From Deltaproteobacteria bacterium (GTDB lineage Bacteria > Desulfobacterota > Dissulfuribacteria > Dissulfuribacterales > UBA3076): 64,000 nucleotides of DNA. Positions 47,476 through 56,751 of the stretch are shown piece after piece. Under the pieces are notes generated by a model. The model did not search any database and was not told the origin of the DNA. It was given only the letters and a program-made list of their open reading frames with translations. Made by a program: the position numbers and the translations under genes. The DNA is taken from NCBI GenBank assembly GCA_018399745.1, contig JAGYNZ010000001.1, forward strand, positions 37,948 to 101,947, in the 5' to 3' direction. How positions within the stretch are numbered: position 1 is the first letter of the stretch; each line of letters starts with the position of its first letter.

Positions 47476-50226
47476 TCAAATATTTGCATTTTTCTGGTTC
47501 AGGACCTGCTGCACCTTCCTGACTAACTCGCCTATTTTAAAAGGCTTGCTGACACAATGAAGATCATCAATTATTGATGCCTCATACATTTCATTATCTG
47601 GATTATGGCCGCTGCAGAATAAAACCTTGATATCAGAATTGATCTCTTTGAGCTTTTCATAGGTTTCCTTGCCCCCCATCCTTGGCATACATATATCCAA
47701 GAGCACAAGATCAACGTCGTGTTCAAATGCCCTGTAGACATGCAAGGCCTCGAGACCGTCTTGTGCAAGCAACACACTGTAACCATAAACGGAAAGGACC
47801 TCCCTCGTCAGATCCCTGACAACTTCTTCATCGTCAACCACCAAGATGGTCTCTGATCCACTCACCTCCTGACTTTTTGAAGATTCTTTGACTGATTCTG
47901 TAACGGAATCCATCACCGGGAAAAAGATCTTAAAGGTGCTTCCTTGTCCCTTTTCACTTTCAATTTGAATACACCCCTTACTGCTTTTCACAATCCCGTA
48001 AGTCATTGGAAGCCCAAGCCCCGAGCCCTTGCCCACTTCTTTGGTTGTGTAAAAAGGATCAAATATCCGGTCCATCACCTCCTTTTCCATGCCAGTCCCG
48101 GTATCACTGATGTCTATGCAAATAAAACGATCAGGATGGTCGGTATAATCCGGACAAAGGGCATGGACTTCTTTGTATTCGACTTCACTCGTGGCCAACG
48201 AAAGAGTACCTCCATCTGGCATCGCGTCCAGGGCATTAAGGCATATATTTAGAACGGCCTGCTGGACTTGTGTGGGATCACACTTAATAAAAGGAAGATT
48301 TTCCTGAAGAGAAAGTCTTATCTCAATATTCTTGGGTAAAGAGCTTTTCATGAGTTCTGTGGTTTCATGAACAATCTCATTGACCGCTGATGCACTGGAT
48401 GGTCCGGACTGACTGCCGCGGCTGAAGGCCAAAAGTTTTGCCACCAAGTCAGCAGCCCTCAGGCTGGACTGCTCTATAATATCTGCATAGCGACCTATAT
48501 CGGAATCCGGCCCAATTTTCAGCTTTAGGAGATTTGTATAACCCAGAACACCAGTAAGTATATTATTGAAGTCATGTGCGATACCACTGGCCATAGTCCC
48601 TATGGATTCAAGCTTTTGAGACTGCAATAATTGGTTTTCAAGGTATTTTTTTTCCGTTAAGTCAGTCAACATGGCCAGGCAGCCGCTATACTGATCGTCT
48701 GTCATGATGGGAACGCTGCTGATCAGAACATTAACAGGTTCATTTGACTTCGACTGCAATACAACCTCTTCCTTGGCGGTTTTCCCCCTCTTATTCTCCA
48801 TAAGTATTTGAAGAAGCATCTTTTTCCCCTCTTTGTTTACGAGATTATAAACGCTTTGATTTATCAGGTGCTTATAGCCGAGCATTTTCTTCAAATGACA
48901 GTTTGAAAAATTGATCACTCCTTTGTCATCCAAAATCCAGATACCCTCGTTGACATTCTCTACAATCTCGCGATACTTGCGCTCTGAGTCTTCAAGTCTC
49001 TTGTAAAGGCCTGCATTCTCAAGGGCCATGGCAATTTGGTTGGCAAAACTGGTAAGAAAATCCTTGTCGATTTCCGCAACAAAATTCTGATCATTTTTAT
49101 TGTCTCCCAGCATGATACCGACCAACCGGCCCTTAACAATCATAGGCACCAGAATAAAGGCCTTTGGCTTCAACTTCCTTAAAAGAGGATTTTGGAAATT
49201 AAGGGACATTGCTCCCACATCTTTTATCAGGACAGACTTTTTTTCTCTGGCAGTACGGGCAATAATATTGTCCTTTTTATCCAGGGGTATTTGATAACCC
49301 TTAAGATCTGTGAAGGTTCCTGATTCCACTCCCACTGCATGAATAAGAATCAGGCTGTTTTTGTCTTCATCAAACAGGAATATGCCTGCTCTATCGAGGT
49401 GAGCAATATTCAAGAGCCTTTTGAGTATCAATTCCAGAAGCTCTTCCAGCTTGAGTGTGGAAAGAATTGCAGCGCTGCACTCATTAATGGTAGTAAGTTG
49501 ATTCACCTTTTGCTGCAGGTCCTGATTTAGTTGATGGATCTGATTATATTTTTCTCTGAGGATTTCCTTATCCCTCTCAAGCTCCTTTCTGCTGTCTTTG
49601 AATACCTTCCATGGCGTGTATATCATATGATAAAAATCTTTGAATCTGTTCTGACTATCCCACTGGAGATGGTATTCGCAGTATTCGTCTCCTTTGAAAA
49701 AACATTTGGTCTCTTCCAAACGGCTGGGAGGAAGGCCCCAGATCGTTGGAATCGCCTGATAAATACCTTTATTCATAAGACAAAAATCACGACTGAGGGG
49801 AACATCCTTTGACCAGATAAGACGTATTACGGCGTTATTCCGAGAAGAACTGAGCAGTTCTATCCTTTTGGTCTTGTTGAAATGGTCATTTACCTTTTGG
49901 GTATGCTTTATTCCCTTGGCCGGACTGCCAAAGGCATAGATTATAATCCTCTGTATATATCCCAGACGCTGCCTCAATACGGAATTAAAACCTATCTCGT
50001 AGGCTGCATTATCGTCGCCCAAAATTCTCTTGGCCCTATTATAAAGCTGAATCATTACGGTAGATGAAACCCAGTTATTCAGATCAGAAAGAAATGCCTT
50101 TAGATCGGATATCCCTGCCAATTCCGGCCCTAAATCATTAAATAGCTCATCTGATTTTCCAGGCTCCATCTCCTCGACATACTGAATGACGGCAAGAGAA
50201 TTAATACAACTATTGTGTTTATCCAT
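47476..50226 (-). CDS. Hybrid sensor histidine kinase (V4R-like N-terminus, GAF, PAS, HisKA, HATPase, REC)
   Basis: H-box GIAHDFNNIL, N box, DTGTGM, IFDPFYTTK, GSGLGL, REC LLDICMP; V4R-like ETKCFFKGDEYCEY. Confidence 0.92.
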   Translation of the reverse strand: MDKHNSCINSLAVIQYVEEMEPGKSDELFNDLGPELAGISDLKAFLSDLNNWVSSTVMIQLYNRAKRILGDDNAAYEIGFNSVLRQRLGYIQRIIIYAFGSPAKGIKHTQKVNDHFNKTKRIELLSSSRNNAVIRLIWSKDVPLSRDFCLMNKGIYQAIPTIWGLPPSRLEETKCFFKGDEYCEYHLQWDSQNRFKDFYHMIYTPWKVFKDSRKELERDKEILREKYNQIHQLNQDLQQKVNQLTTINECSAAILSTLKLEELLELILKRLLNIAHLDRAGIFLFDEDKNSLILIHAVGVESGTFTDLKGYQIPLDKKDNIIARTAREKKSVLIKDVGAMSLNFQNPLLRKLKPKAFILVPMIVKGRLVGIMLGDNKNDQNFVAEIDKDFLTSFANQIAMALENAGLYKRLEDSERKYREIVENVNEGIWILDDKGVINFSNCHLKKMLGYKHLINQSVYNLVNKEGKKMLLQILMENKRGKTAKEEVVLQSKSNEPVNVLISSVPIMTDDQYSGCLAMLTDLTEKKYLENQLLQSQKLESIGTMASGIAHDFNNILTGVLGYTNLLKLKIGPDSDIGRYADIIEQSSLRAADLVAKLLAFSRGSQSGPSSASAVNEIVHETTELMKSSLPKNIEIRLSLQENLPFIKCDPTQVQQAVLNICLNALDAMPDGGTLSLATSEVEYKEVHALCPDYTDHPDRFICIDISDTGTGMEKEVMDRIFDPFYTTKEVGKGSGLGLPMTYGIVKSSKGCIQIESEKGQGSTFKIFFPVMDSVTESVKESSKSQEVSGSETILVVDDEEVVRDLTREVLSVYGYSVLLAQDGLEALHVYRAFEHDVDLVLLDICMPRMGGKETYEKLKEINSDIKVLFCSGHNPDNEMYEASIIDDLHCVSKPFKIGELVRKVQQVLNQKNANI

Positions 50227-50304
50227 CTGGTATCATTCCGATGTCAATTTTCTAATGCATTCAAGTCAAAAACCAGACACTAGTATAGCTTTTAATTAAT
50301 AAAG

Positions 50305-50394
50305 TGATAATCGCGAGCATTACGAAAACATTCTCATGACGCAGTGTGCAAACCTTATTGAGATTGCTTCGTTGCCTCGCTCCTTGCAATGACA
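50305..50394. repeat. Degenerate palindromic REP/RPE-like element
   Basis: Right arm TGAGATTGCTTCGTTGCCTCGCTCCTTGCAATGACA resembles the widespread GATTGCTTCG...CGCAATGAC element; left arm eroded; single copy in the window. Confidence 0.55.
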
Positions 50395-50587
50395 GCATAA
50401 AGACTCCCTTGAAACACAATGCCAACAGAACATAACAAGACATTTCAGACAAAGGCATATTCTTTTACACGTTACAATTTAAAATTGCTTTACTTATTAA
50501 AATTAATTGATAAATAAATTATAAGTTATTTTAGCTTATTCATTATTTTCGAGCAAGTTACATATCGCTAGTGCCAGCATAACAGAA

Positions 50588-50603
50588 CGGCATTAATTTT
50601 GCG
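50588..50603 (+). promoter_or_regulatory. Candidate sigma54 promoter upstream of the acyltransferase gene
   Basis: CGGCAT-TAATT-TTGCG, exact GG-N10-GC spacing, 130 nt before the ATG. Confidence 0.45.
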
Positions 50604-50732
50604 TATGTATAAGAATCAGTAAGGTCAGCCTGAAGTCGACCTGTTAATCTGTTTCTTAATATTGTTTTTCCTCTGGTATAAAAAAACCTGTTTCTCATAA
50701 TATTAAAAGAACAATGCAAAAAGGATGACATA

Positions 50733-51719
50733 ATGTACGGAATACCTAATGTTACAAGTCTTGGTTTAAGTCAGTTCTTTCAACTTTCCTTTAATGTAAA
50801 ATTAGCTCGGTTGTCACCATTCATGTTTCTTCGCGTCTATCTCTATCTACTTGGTTTTTTATACTTCTCCTTAAAATGGGCTGATAGAAAAAGAATAATA
50901 CTTTGCCAAAACTATGTATTGAAGCTTAATCTCAAAAAACACGTGTCTTATCTGGACTCGATCAAGACCTTTCTGGGCGTTTTTGATCATTACTTTGAAA
51001 AATTAATAATGGCCCACAGGCCCTTATCAGAGATGATTGATTTTTTGCGTCTCAATTTACACATCAACAACAAGGATTATTTAGACAAAATCAAAAAAAC
51101 AGGAAAAGGGTGCATCTTTGTTACCGGACACTTTGGGGCAGTAGAATTTCTTCCGCTTTCATTGGCCATGAACGGCTATAAGATAGCATTAATATGTCGA
51201 TTCAAAACAAAAAAACTAAAAGAGGAACTTATAAAAAGGGCGAAAAAGTTTGATGTCATATTGATAGATGCCAATGAACCTAAAGTGTTATTTAGGGCGC
51301 TTCAAGCCATAAAGAGTGGAAGAATACTAATAACCGAATGCGACGAATTCTCACAATGGCGCCCATACCAGGATAAGCGGATCTCAGTCTTCGGCCACAG
51401 TATGCCACAGGACAAGACACTGGACTTTTTATATAACAGGGCAAAAGTGCCTGCACTCATGGGAATTATGAGGCGCGGGAAAGATGGCTTTACGTTATGT
51501 ATTGATTCCCTTGCAGATGGTAGTAAAGATGAATCTTTGGCTATCATGGCATGGAAAAAGCTTGAAGGCTATATACTCAACTATCCCCAACAGTGGTATC
51601 AATGGAAAGATGCTGCAATAGCACTGTCTGAGCACATTGTTCAGAATAAAAATAAAGATCCCCGTAAGGAGAAGTCAATACCCTCCAAATGCCCTGTTCT
51701 ATCTCCCAATTTTTCATAA
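50733..51719 (+). CDS. Lysophospholipid/lipid A acyltransferase family protein
   Basis: TGHFGAVEFL (HxxxxE) motif, LITECDE, terminal YPQQWYQW. Confidence 0.8.
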   Translation: MYGIPNVTSLGLSQFFQLSFNVKLARLSPFMFLRVYLYLLGFLYFSLKWADRKRIILCQNYVLKLNLKKHVSYLDSIKTFLGVFDHYFEKLIMAHRPLSEMIDFLRLNLHINNKDYLDKIKKTGKGCIFVTGHFGAVEFLPLSLAMNGYKIALICRFKTKKLKEELIKRAKKFDVILIDANEPKVLFRALQAIKSGRILITECDEFSQWRPYQDKRISVFGHSMPQDKTLDFLYNRAKVPALMGIMRRGKDGFTLCIDSLADGSKDESLAIMAWKKLEGYILNYPQQWYQWKDAAIALSEHIVQNKNKDPRKEKSIPSKCPVLSPNFS

Positions 51720-51823
51720 GGACATGTGGCTTAAGGATTCTTTTTTATGTACTTTCTATCCCATGAACCTATGAATAATTAGTGAGGTTGTGGAAAACCA
51801 GTCAGTTCTGTCCGCACCCCTCA

Positions 51824-53068
51824 CTAAAACCTGTAATGCAGACTAAAGGCCAATGAATGAGTCCTCTGTTTATAATCTCCGTTGGCCCTGAACTGTTCGG
51901 GCAAATTGGGCATTATCTTGTTGTCTTTTTCACGCTCCTCGCCATATATGAAGTTATAAGCAATTCCCAGGACCGTCTTATTTCCAAGCTTCCAGTCCAG
52001 ACCGCCCGTTAATATATGGCGGTCACCGTCAGGCTGCTGTGGATCAACGGTTGAATCAGGCATGGGGGCTTCATCGAAAATGTATCCCACCCTGAAGGTG
52101 TAATGGTCAGACATCCTGTATTTAACCCCGAACCTGTAAGCAAAAACATCTTCCCACTTCTTGGGTTGAATAGATGAATACTGCCCGTTTACCGAATCTT
52201 TGAAATTGATTTTTAATTCATCATAAGTAGACCAGCCTGTCCACGTAACATCAAATTCCAAGGTCCACTTGTTGTCCGGCTTAAAGGAAACTCCTGCGGT
52301 AAGTGAGGGAGGAAGGTCCAGATCGCCTTCACCCTTTGTATCCGGAAAAACACTTTTTAATGGATCAGGCACGTCGAATTTTGCCTCTCCATGATCAAAG
52401 CTCAATTTTATTTCACTCCTGTAAGACATGCCCAACTGCCAGGAATCATTCAAGTGATATAAAAAGCCAAGATTGTAACCATAACCCCACGTATCGTCAG
52501 TAAGTTTCGACTCGCCGTCAGGATAAGGCATAAGTGGAAGTTTCTTTTTGAGTTCAAGGTCGGCCCACAGGACATTTAATCCCGCGGAAACAGACAGGTC
52601 CCCTTTTTTGAAGGCCAGATTAGGATTAATATTAAATGTCTGTAAACTGGAGTAGGTGCCAAGATAGCGTCCTTCCCAATCTCCATTCCATACTGTCGAA
52701 AGCCCAAAAGGAGAAAAGACTCCGAGTCCAAAATAGATTTGAGGTGATATCTGTTGAGTCAGATACGCATACGGCGGTGTATGGATCCTGGCGACGGTTG
52801 CCTCGTCCTGGTTGTCTGGGCCGTCATATGTGAGCCTGGGCGCTATAAATGTCGAGCCGAGATACGCCTGGCTCCCATCGAGTTGCACTATGCCTGCCGG
52901 ATTGAAAAATACTGCGGATGGATCATCTGCCTGAGCCACAAAGGCATTTCCCTGACCCATGGCACCGGTTCCTTGCTGTAGTATTGAGAAGCCAGCACTG
53001 TGGGCAAGGCCTGCTGAAACAGCTAAAAGAAGTATAAGAAATTTAATAGTTACCAGTCTTTTACACAT
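51824..53068 (-). CDS. OmpP1/FadL-family outer-membrane transporter
   Basis: Signal peptide, AGFSILQQG, DDPSAVFFNPAG, GVFSPFGL, PDGDR and C-terminal Phe. Confidence 0.92.
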   Translation of the reverse strand: MCKRLVTIKFLILLLAVSAGLAHSAGFSILQQGTGAMGQGNAFVAQADDPSAVFFNPAGIVQLDGSQAYLGSTFIAPRLTYDGPDNQDEATVARIHTPPYAYLTQQISPQIYFGLGVFSPFGLSTVWNGDWEGRYLGTYSSLQTFNINPNLAFKKGDLSVSAGLNVLWADLELKKKLPLMPYPDGESKLTDDTWGYGYNLGFLYHLNDSWQLGMSYRSEIKLSFDHGEAKFDVPDPLKSVFPDTKGEGDLDLPPSLTAGVSFKPDNKWTLEFDVTWTGWSTYDELKINFKDSVNGQYSSIQPKKWEDVFAYRFGVKYRMSDHYTFRVGYIFDEAPMPDSTVDPQQPDGDRHILTGGLDWKLGNKTVLGIAYNFIYGEEREKDNKIMPNLPEQFRANGDYKQRTHSLAFSLHYRF

Positions 53069-53360
53069 TAAACAAACTCCTCATGAATTGTCAAACTGCT
53101 TGACTGAGTCATTTAATAATTGATTTCGCTGAAAGATTTAATCTGTAACATTGTACGAGCTCTGAAAGCCTAACTGAAAAACGTAATGCCTGTGGTATTC
53201 ATGCCGCTTCGGCCACTTCTTCGCTGAGTTTTCGTCTCCACTGCCATTACAGAAAGCTCCTCTTACAGAAGCCACTCCATATAATTATAAATTCGCCACT
53301 TTTCCCCAAGGTCATTAGAGATTTATATTTTCCTTAATGGCCGGATCGAGTCAAGTCTTT

Positions 53361-53623
53361 TTATCTTTCTCTTTTTGATTCCTTCTTGCGTCCCAGTCGA
53401 TAAGCCCTGTGTATTACACTGCCCATTATGACATCTGCCAAGATAGGATTCTCAAACCCAAGCCCTCTTTGGACTCCTGTCTCAAACCATTGGCAGCTTT
53501 GGAGACCTCCGCTGAATTCGGAGATATACCATGGCGGAGTACGATGAAACTGCTCCCGCCCAAGGCTGAATTCAGATCAAAGGCATCGGATAATAAATTG
53601 GCAATACCGGAAAAATGCCGCAT
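53361..53623 (-). pseudogene. Possible frameshifted or decayed gene remnant of unknown family
   Basis: Start-less 71-codon frame (53576-53361) SEFSLGREQFHRTPPWYISEFSGG...GFENPILADVIMGSVIHRAYRLGRKKESKRER*, overlapped upstream by an ATG frame starting at 53623. Confidence 0.3.
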
Positions 53624-53644
53624 TATTTATGGTGAAATTGTGTC

Positions 53645-53674
53645 TTGACAGTAGGGTCCAATTTCTTTTAACTT
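53645..53674 (+). promoter_or_regulatory. Candidate sigma70 promoter for the moxR-bat operon
   Basis: TTGACA-N18-TAACTT. Confidence 0.4.
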
Positions 53675-53873
53675 TCTAGCGATTGATATGTGAACGATAC
53701 CCACGGATTTGAGGACAAAACCGCCAGGCCTTAATCAACCACCCGCACCAAATAGCCAAGGACTAAATTCCCTGTTCCTTTATTTTAAATGAGATAATGA
53801 GGAATTTTTCCCTTGAAAATTCAATTTTGTAAAAGGCCAAATAAGAATTTAAAGACAAAACAGGAATGAATCA

Positions 53874-54854
53874 ATGGATATACAGGCAATTACTCAAAGG
53901 GTCGAAAAGGAAAGCTTGGTTCTCCGGCAGATACTGAGCGAAATAGAAAGGGTCGTAGTAGGTCAGAGAAACCTCATGGAAAGGATGTTAATAGGCCTCT
54001 TGTGTAATGGCCACTTGCTCTTGGAGGGCCTGCCGGGTCTGGCCAAGACAACGGCCGTCAAAACACTGGCAGCGACTATTCGAACAACATTTCAAAGAAT
54101 CCAGTTTACCCCTGACCTGCTGCCTGCCGACATCCTTGGAACTCAGATCTACCGGCCTGACAGTGCCTCTTTTGAAATCAAGAAGGGCCCTATATTCCAT
54201 AACATTATCCTGGCAGATGAGATCAATCGGGCACCGGCCAAGGTTCAGAGTGCCCTCCTCGAGGCCATGCAGGAACAGCAGGTAACCATCGGGGAGACCA
54301 CCTTTCCGCTTGAAAGCCCTTTTCTGGTCCTTGCCACCCAAAATCCCATTGAGCAAGAGGGGACCTATCCCCTTCCAGAGGCCCAGATTGACCGCTTTAT
54401 GCTCAAGATCAAGGTGGGTTATCCGTCGGCTGAGGAAGAAAAAGAAATAATGCAGCGGGTTAACAGGAGGCCTGTGGAAGAACCTCATGGAGTGGTTGAC
54501 ATGTCACAAATTGAATCTGCCAGGGAGATCATGCGGTCGATCCATATGGAAGAAAAAATTGTCGACTATATCGTGCGCATTTCCATGGCCACTCGTAACC
54601 CTGAAGATTTCGGCCTCGAGTTGGGGCCGATGATCAGCTACGGTGCCTCACCCAGGGCCTCAATATGGCTTGGGCAGGCATCGACCGCCCATGCGTTCCT
54701 GAACGGCCGTGGTTTTGTGATTCCGCAAGATGTAAAATCCATGGCCCCTGACGTGCTTCGACACCGAATCATCCTCAGCTATGAGGCAGAAGCTGAAGGA
54801 CAGAGCACCGATGACCTGATAAAGATTTTGCTGGAACGCATAGAGGTCCCCTGA
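53874..54854 (+). CDS. MoxR-family AAA+ ATPase
   Basis: LEGLPGLAKT, RIQFTPDLLPAD, LADEINRAPAKVQSALLEAM, NPIEQEGTYPLPEAQIDRF and GASPRA motifs. Confidence 0.96.
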   Translation: MDIQAITQRVEKESLVLRQILSEIERVVVGQRNLMERMLIGLLCNGHLLLEGLPGLAKTTAVKTLAATIRTTFQRIQFTPDLLPADILGTQIYRPDSASFEIKKGPIFHNIILADEINRAPAKVQSALLEAMQEQQVTIGETTFPLESPFLVLATQNPIEQEGTYPLPEAQIDRFMLKIKVGYPSAEEEKEIMQRVNRRPVEEPHGVVDMSQIESAREIMRSIHMEEKIVDYIVRISMATRNPEDFGLELGPMISYGASPRASIWLGQASTAHAFLNGRGFVIPQDVKSMAPDVLRHRIILSYEAEAEGQSTDDLIKILLERIEVP

Positions 54855-54855
54855 G

Positions 54856-55731
54856 ATGATTCCGGAAGAAGTCTTAAAAAAGATTCAAAGATTTCATTTC
54901 AAGACCAGGTACATGGCCAGTGACATATTTGCGGGCCAGTATGAAAGCGCTTTTAAGGGCCGTGGGATTGAATTTGCCGAGGTCAGGGAATACCAGCCGG
55001 GTGATGATATACGGAGCATTGACTGGAACGTCTCCGCCCGCTTCGGCCATCCGTTTGTAAAGGTCTTTCATGAAGAAAGGGAACTTACTATCATATTGCT
55101 GTTAGATCTTTCAGGCTCTCACCTGTTCGGGACCAGAAAAGAATTCAAGAGAGAACTCTTGGCCACTGTCGCCGGAATGTTAGCCTTTCTGGCCATACGG
55201 ACTAATGACAAGGTCGGCGCCATTCTTTTCAGCTCCAAGGTGGAAAAATTTATCCCGCCCCAGAAAGGTCCATCCCATGTATGGAGGCTTATTAAAGAGA
55301 TATTTACATATAAACCGCAAGACCTGACCACCAACCTGGAGACTGTTCTCATCTATTTAAACCGGGTCATGCGGCGTCATGCGATTGTATTTTTGATATC
55401 CGATTGCATGGATACAGGCTTTGAAAAATCCTTGAGAATGACTGCAAAAAAGCATGACCTTACAATCATTCGACTTTGTGACCCTGCGGAAAAGGAACTG
55501 CCCAATGTCGGCTTTGCTACACTCAGGGATCCAGAGACCGGGCAGGTGGCAATGTTTAATACGGGGAGCAAGGTACTCAGGGAAAAATGGCTGAATTACA
55601 GAAAAGAAGAGGACGCTAAATTGTATGATTTGATCAAAAAGTCAGGGGTTGCTCTGGTGGACTTGTCTACAGATGGACCGCTAGTCGAACCTTTGGCGCG
55701 CCTCTTTGATACAAGGAGCAGGCGATCGTAG
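54856..55731 (+). CDS. DUF58 protein (vWA-like)
   Basis: GRGIEFAEVREYQPGDDIRSIDWNV, DLSGS and FLISD motifs. Confidence 0.93.
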   Translation: MIPEEVLKKIQRFHFKTRYMASDIFAGQYESAFKGRGIEFAEVREYQPGDDIRSIDWNVSARFGHPFVKVFHEERELTIILLLDLSGSHLFGTRKEFKRELLATVAGMLAFLAIRTNDKVGAILFSSKVEKFIPPQKGPSHVWRLIKEIFTYKPQDLTTNLETVLIYLNRVMRRHAIVFLISDCMDTGFEKSLRMTAKKHDLTIIRLCDPAEKELPNVGFATLRDPETGQVAMFNTGSKVLREKWLNYRKEEDAKLYDLIKKSGVALVDLSTDGPLVEPLARLFDTRSRRS

Positions 55732-55738
55732 AAACTAT

Positions 55739-55786
55739 TCAACGCAGAAAAAACGGGGTTTCTTAAATATCAGCATTCTGCGTTGA
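55739..55786. repeat. 11-bp inverted repeat within the operon
   Basis: TCAACGCAGAA (55739-55749) and TTCTGCGTTGA (55776-55786). Confidence 0.7.
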
Positions 55787-55803
55787 GCAGTCTTTTCGAA
55801 TAA

Positions 55804-56751
55804 ATGAGAAATATTTTTAAGATTATCTATCCCTTGATCGCTGTACTGTGGCCCTGCATTATCCAGCCTGTCACTTTGTGGTCCAAGGATGACATTCAGA
55901 ACTTCGGCCCTGGATTAAACGCAACTATTGAACAGGATTCGGCCAGGGTTGGAGACATTGTGGAACTCCGCTTCGAGTATAGGCTTCCTGAAGGGGCAAA
56001 TCTTCCGCAAGAGTCAAAAATCAAAGGCATCGAAGGCCTAGCCCCTGTAGGTCGCCATGCAGAGCCCGGCCTGATCAGGATCCGATTCCTGATCGATACC
56101 CTGGGTATATGGAAGACAGGAGCGCTCTCCCTCAGCTATATTGATGAAAAAGGTAACAGTAAGGTACTTACCGCTGATCCGGTCTCCTTGACCGTAACTT
56201 CCAACCTGGGTGATAGACCTGCAGAGGGTGAACTGAAGCCTATTCAGGACATTATCCCGACAAGTCCAATATGGTTAAAGTACCTTCCGTGGGCAGCCGG
56301 AGTGTCTGGTGTCTTACTAATAATATCAGCACTGTTCTGGTGGTACAAAGAGGGAAGCAGAGGAAAACCCCTGGTCATTTCCCAGATCCCTGCGCACATC
56401 AGGGCAAAAAAAGAAATCGAAGAACTGGAGGCCCAAAGACTCTTTGAAAAAGGAAACGTCAAGAATTTCTATTTTCTCTTCTCTGAGATCCTGAGACGAT
56501 ATCTGGCATCGCTAAGGGGATTTCCAGCCGTGGAATTAACCACTGAAGAAATCGCCCGCTGTATTGAGAGTGAACAGGACAGAAGGCTTTTGACTCTATT
56601 GCGGCAGGCCGATCTGGTCAAGTTTGGGGACAGGGTACCTTTGCCTGCAAAAAAAGAGGAGGAGGTAAAAACCGCACTTTCCTACATCCAGGAGACCAGC
56701 CCGGTTCCAGAAACCGGTCAGGGAAAGGATCTGTCAAGGAGAACGGATTAA
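55804..56751 (+). CDS. Bat-operon membrane protein (between DUF58 and batA)
   Basis: Signal peptide, Ig-like region, LKPIQDI, single TM, then TTEEI...ADLVKF; typical position in the operon. Confidence 0.8.
   Translation: MRNIFKIIYPLIAVLWPCIIQPVTLWSKDDIQNFGPGLNATIEQDSARVGDIVELRFEYRLPEGANLPQESKIKGIEGLAPVGRHAEPGLIRIRFLIDTLGIWKTGALSLSYIDEKGNSKVLTADPVSLTVTSNLGDRPAEGELKPIQDIIPTSPIWLKYLPWAAGVSGVLLIISALFWWYKEGSRGKPLVISQIPAHIRAKKEIEELEAQRLFEKGNVKNFYFLFSEILRRYLASLRGFPAVELTTEEIARCIESEQDRRLLTLLRQADLVKFGDRVPLPAKKEEEVKTALSYIQETSPVPETGQGKDLSRRTD

Noticed and set aside
53395-53430. Minus-strand GGCTTATCG resembling the 3' end of RNase P RNA
   Set aside because: The universal 5' GAGGAAAGUCC segment and other conserved regions are absent.
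53511-53573. GAATTC-GGAGATATACCATGG...GAATTC, resembling a pET/T7 RBS-NcoI cassette, with a 12-codon ORF MAEYDETAPAQG
   Set aside because: No T7 promoter, tag or other vector sequence nearby; it is explained as the antisense of the frame encoding TPPWYISEF. Treated as coincidence.
53426-53623. 65-aa ORF containing LRHG, like a histidine phosphatase motif
   Set aside because: The motif is mid-sequence, the ORF is too short and no other family features are present.
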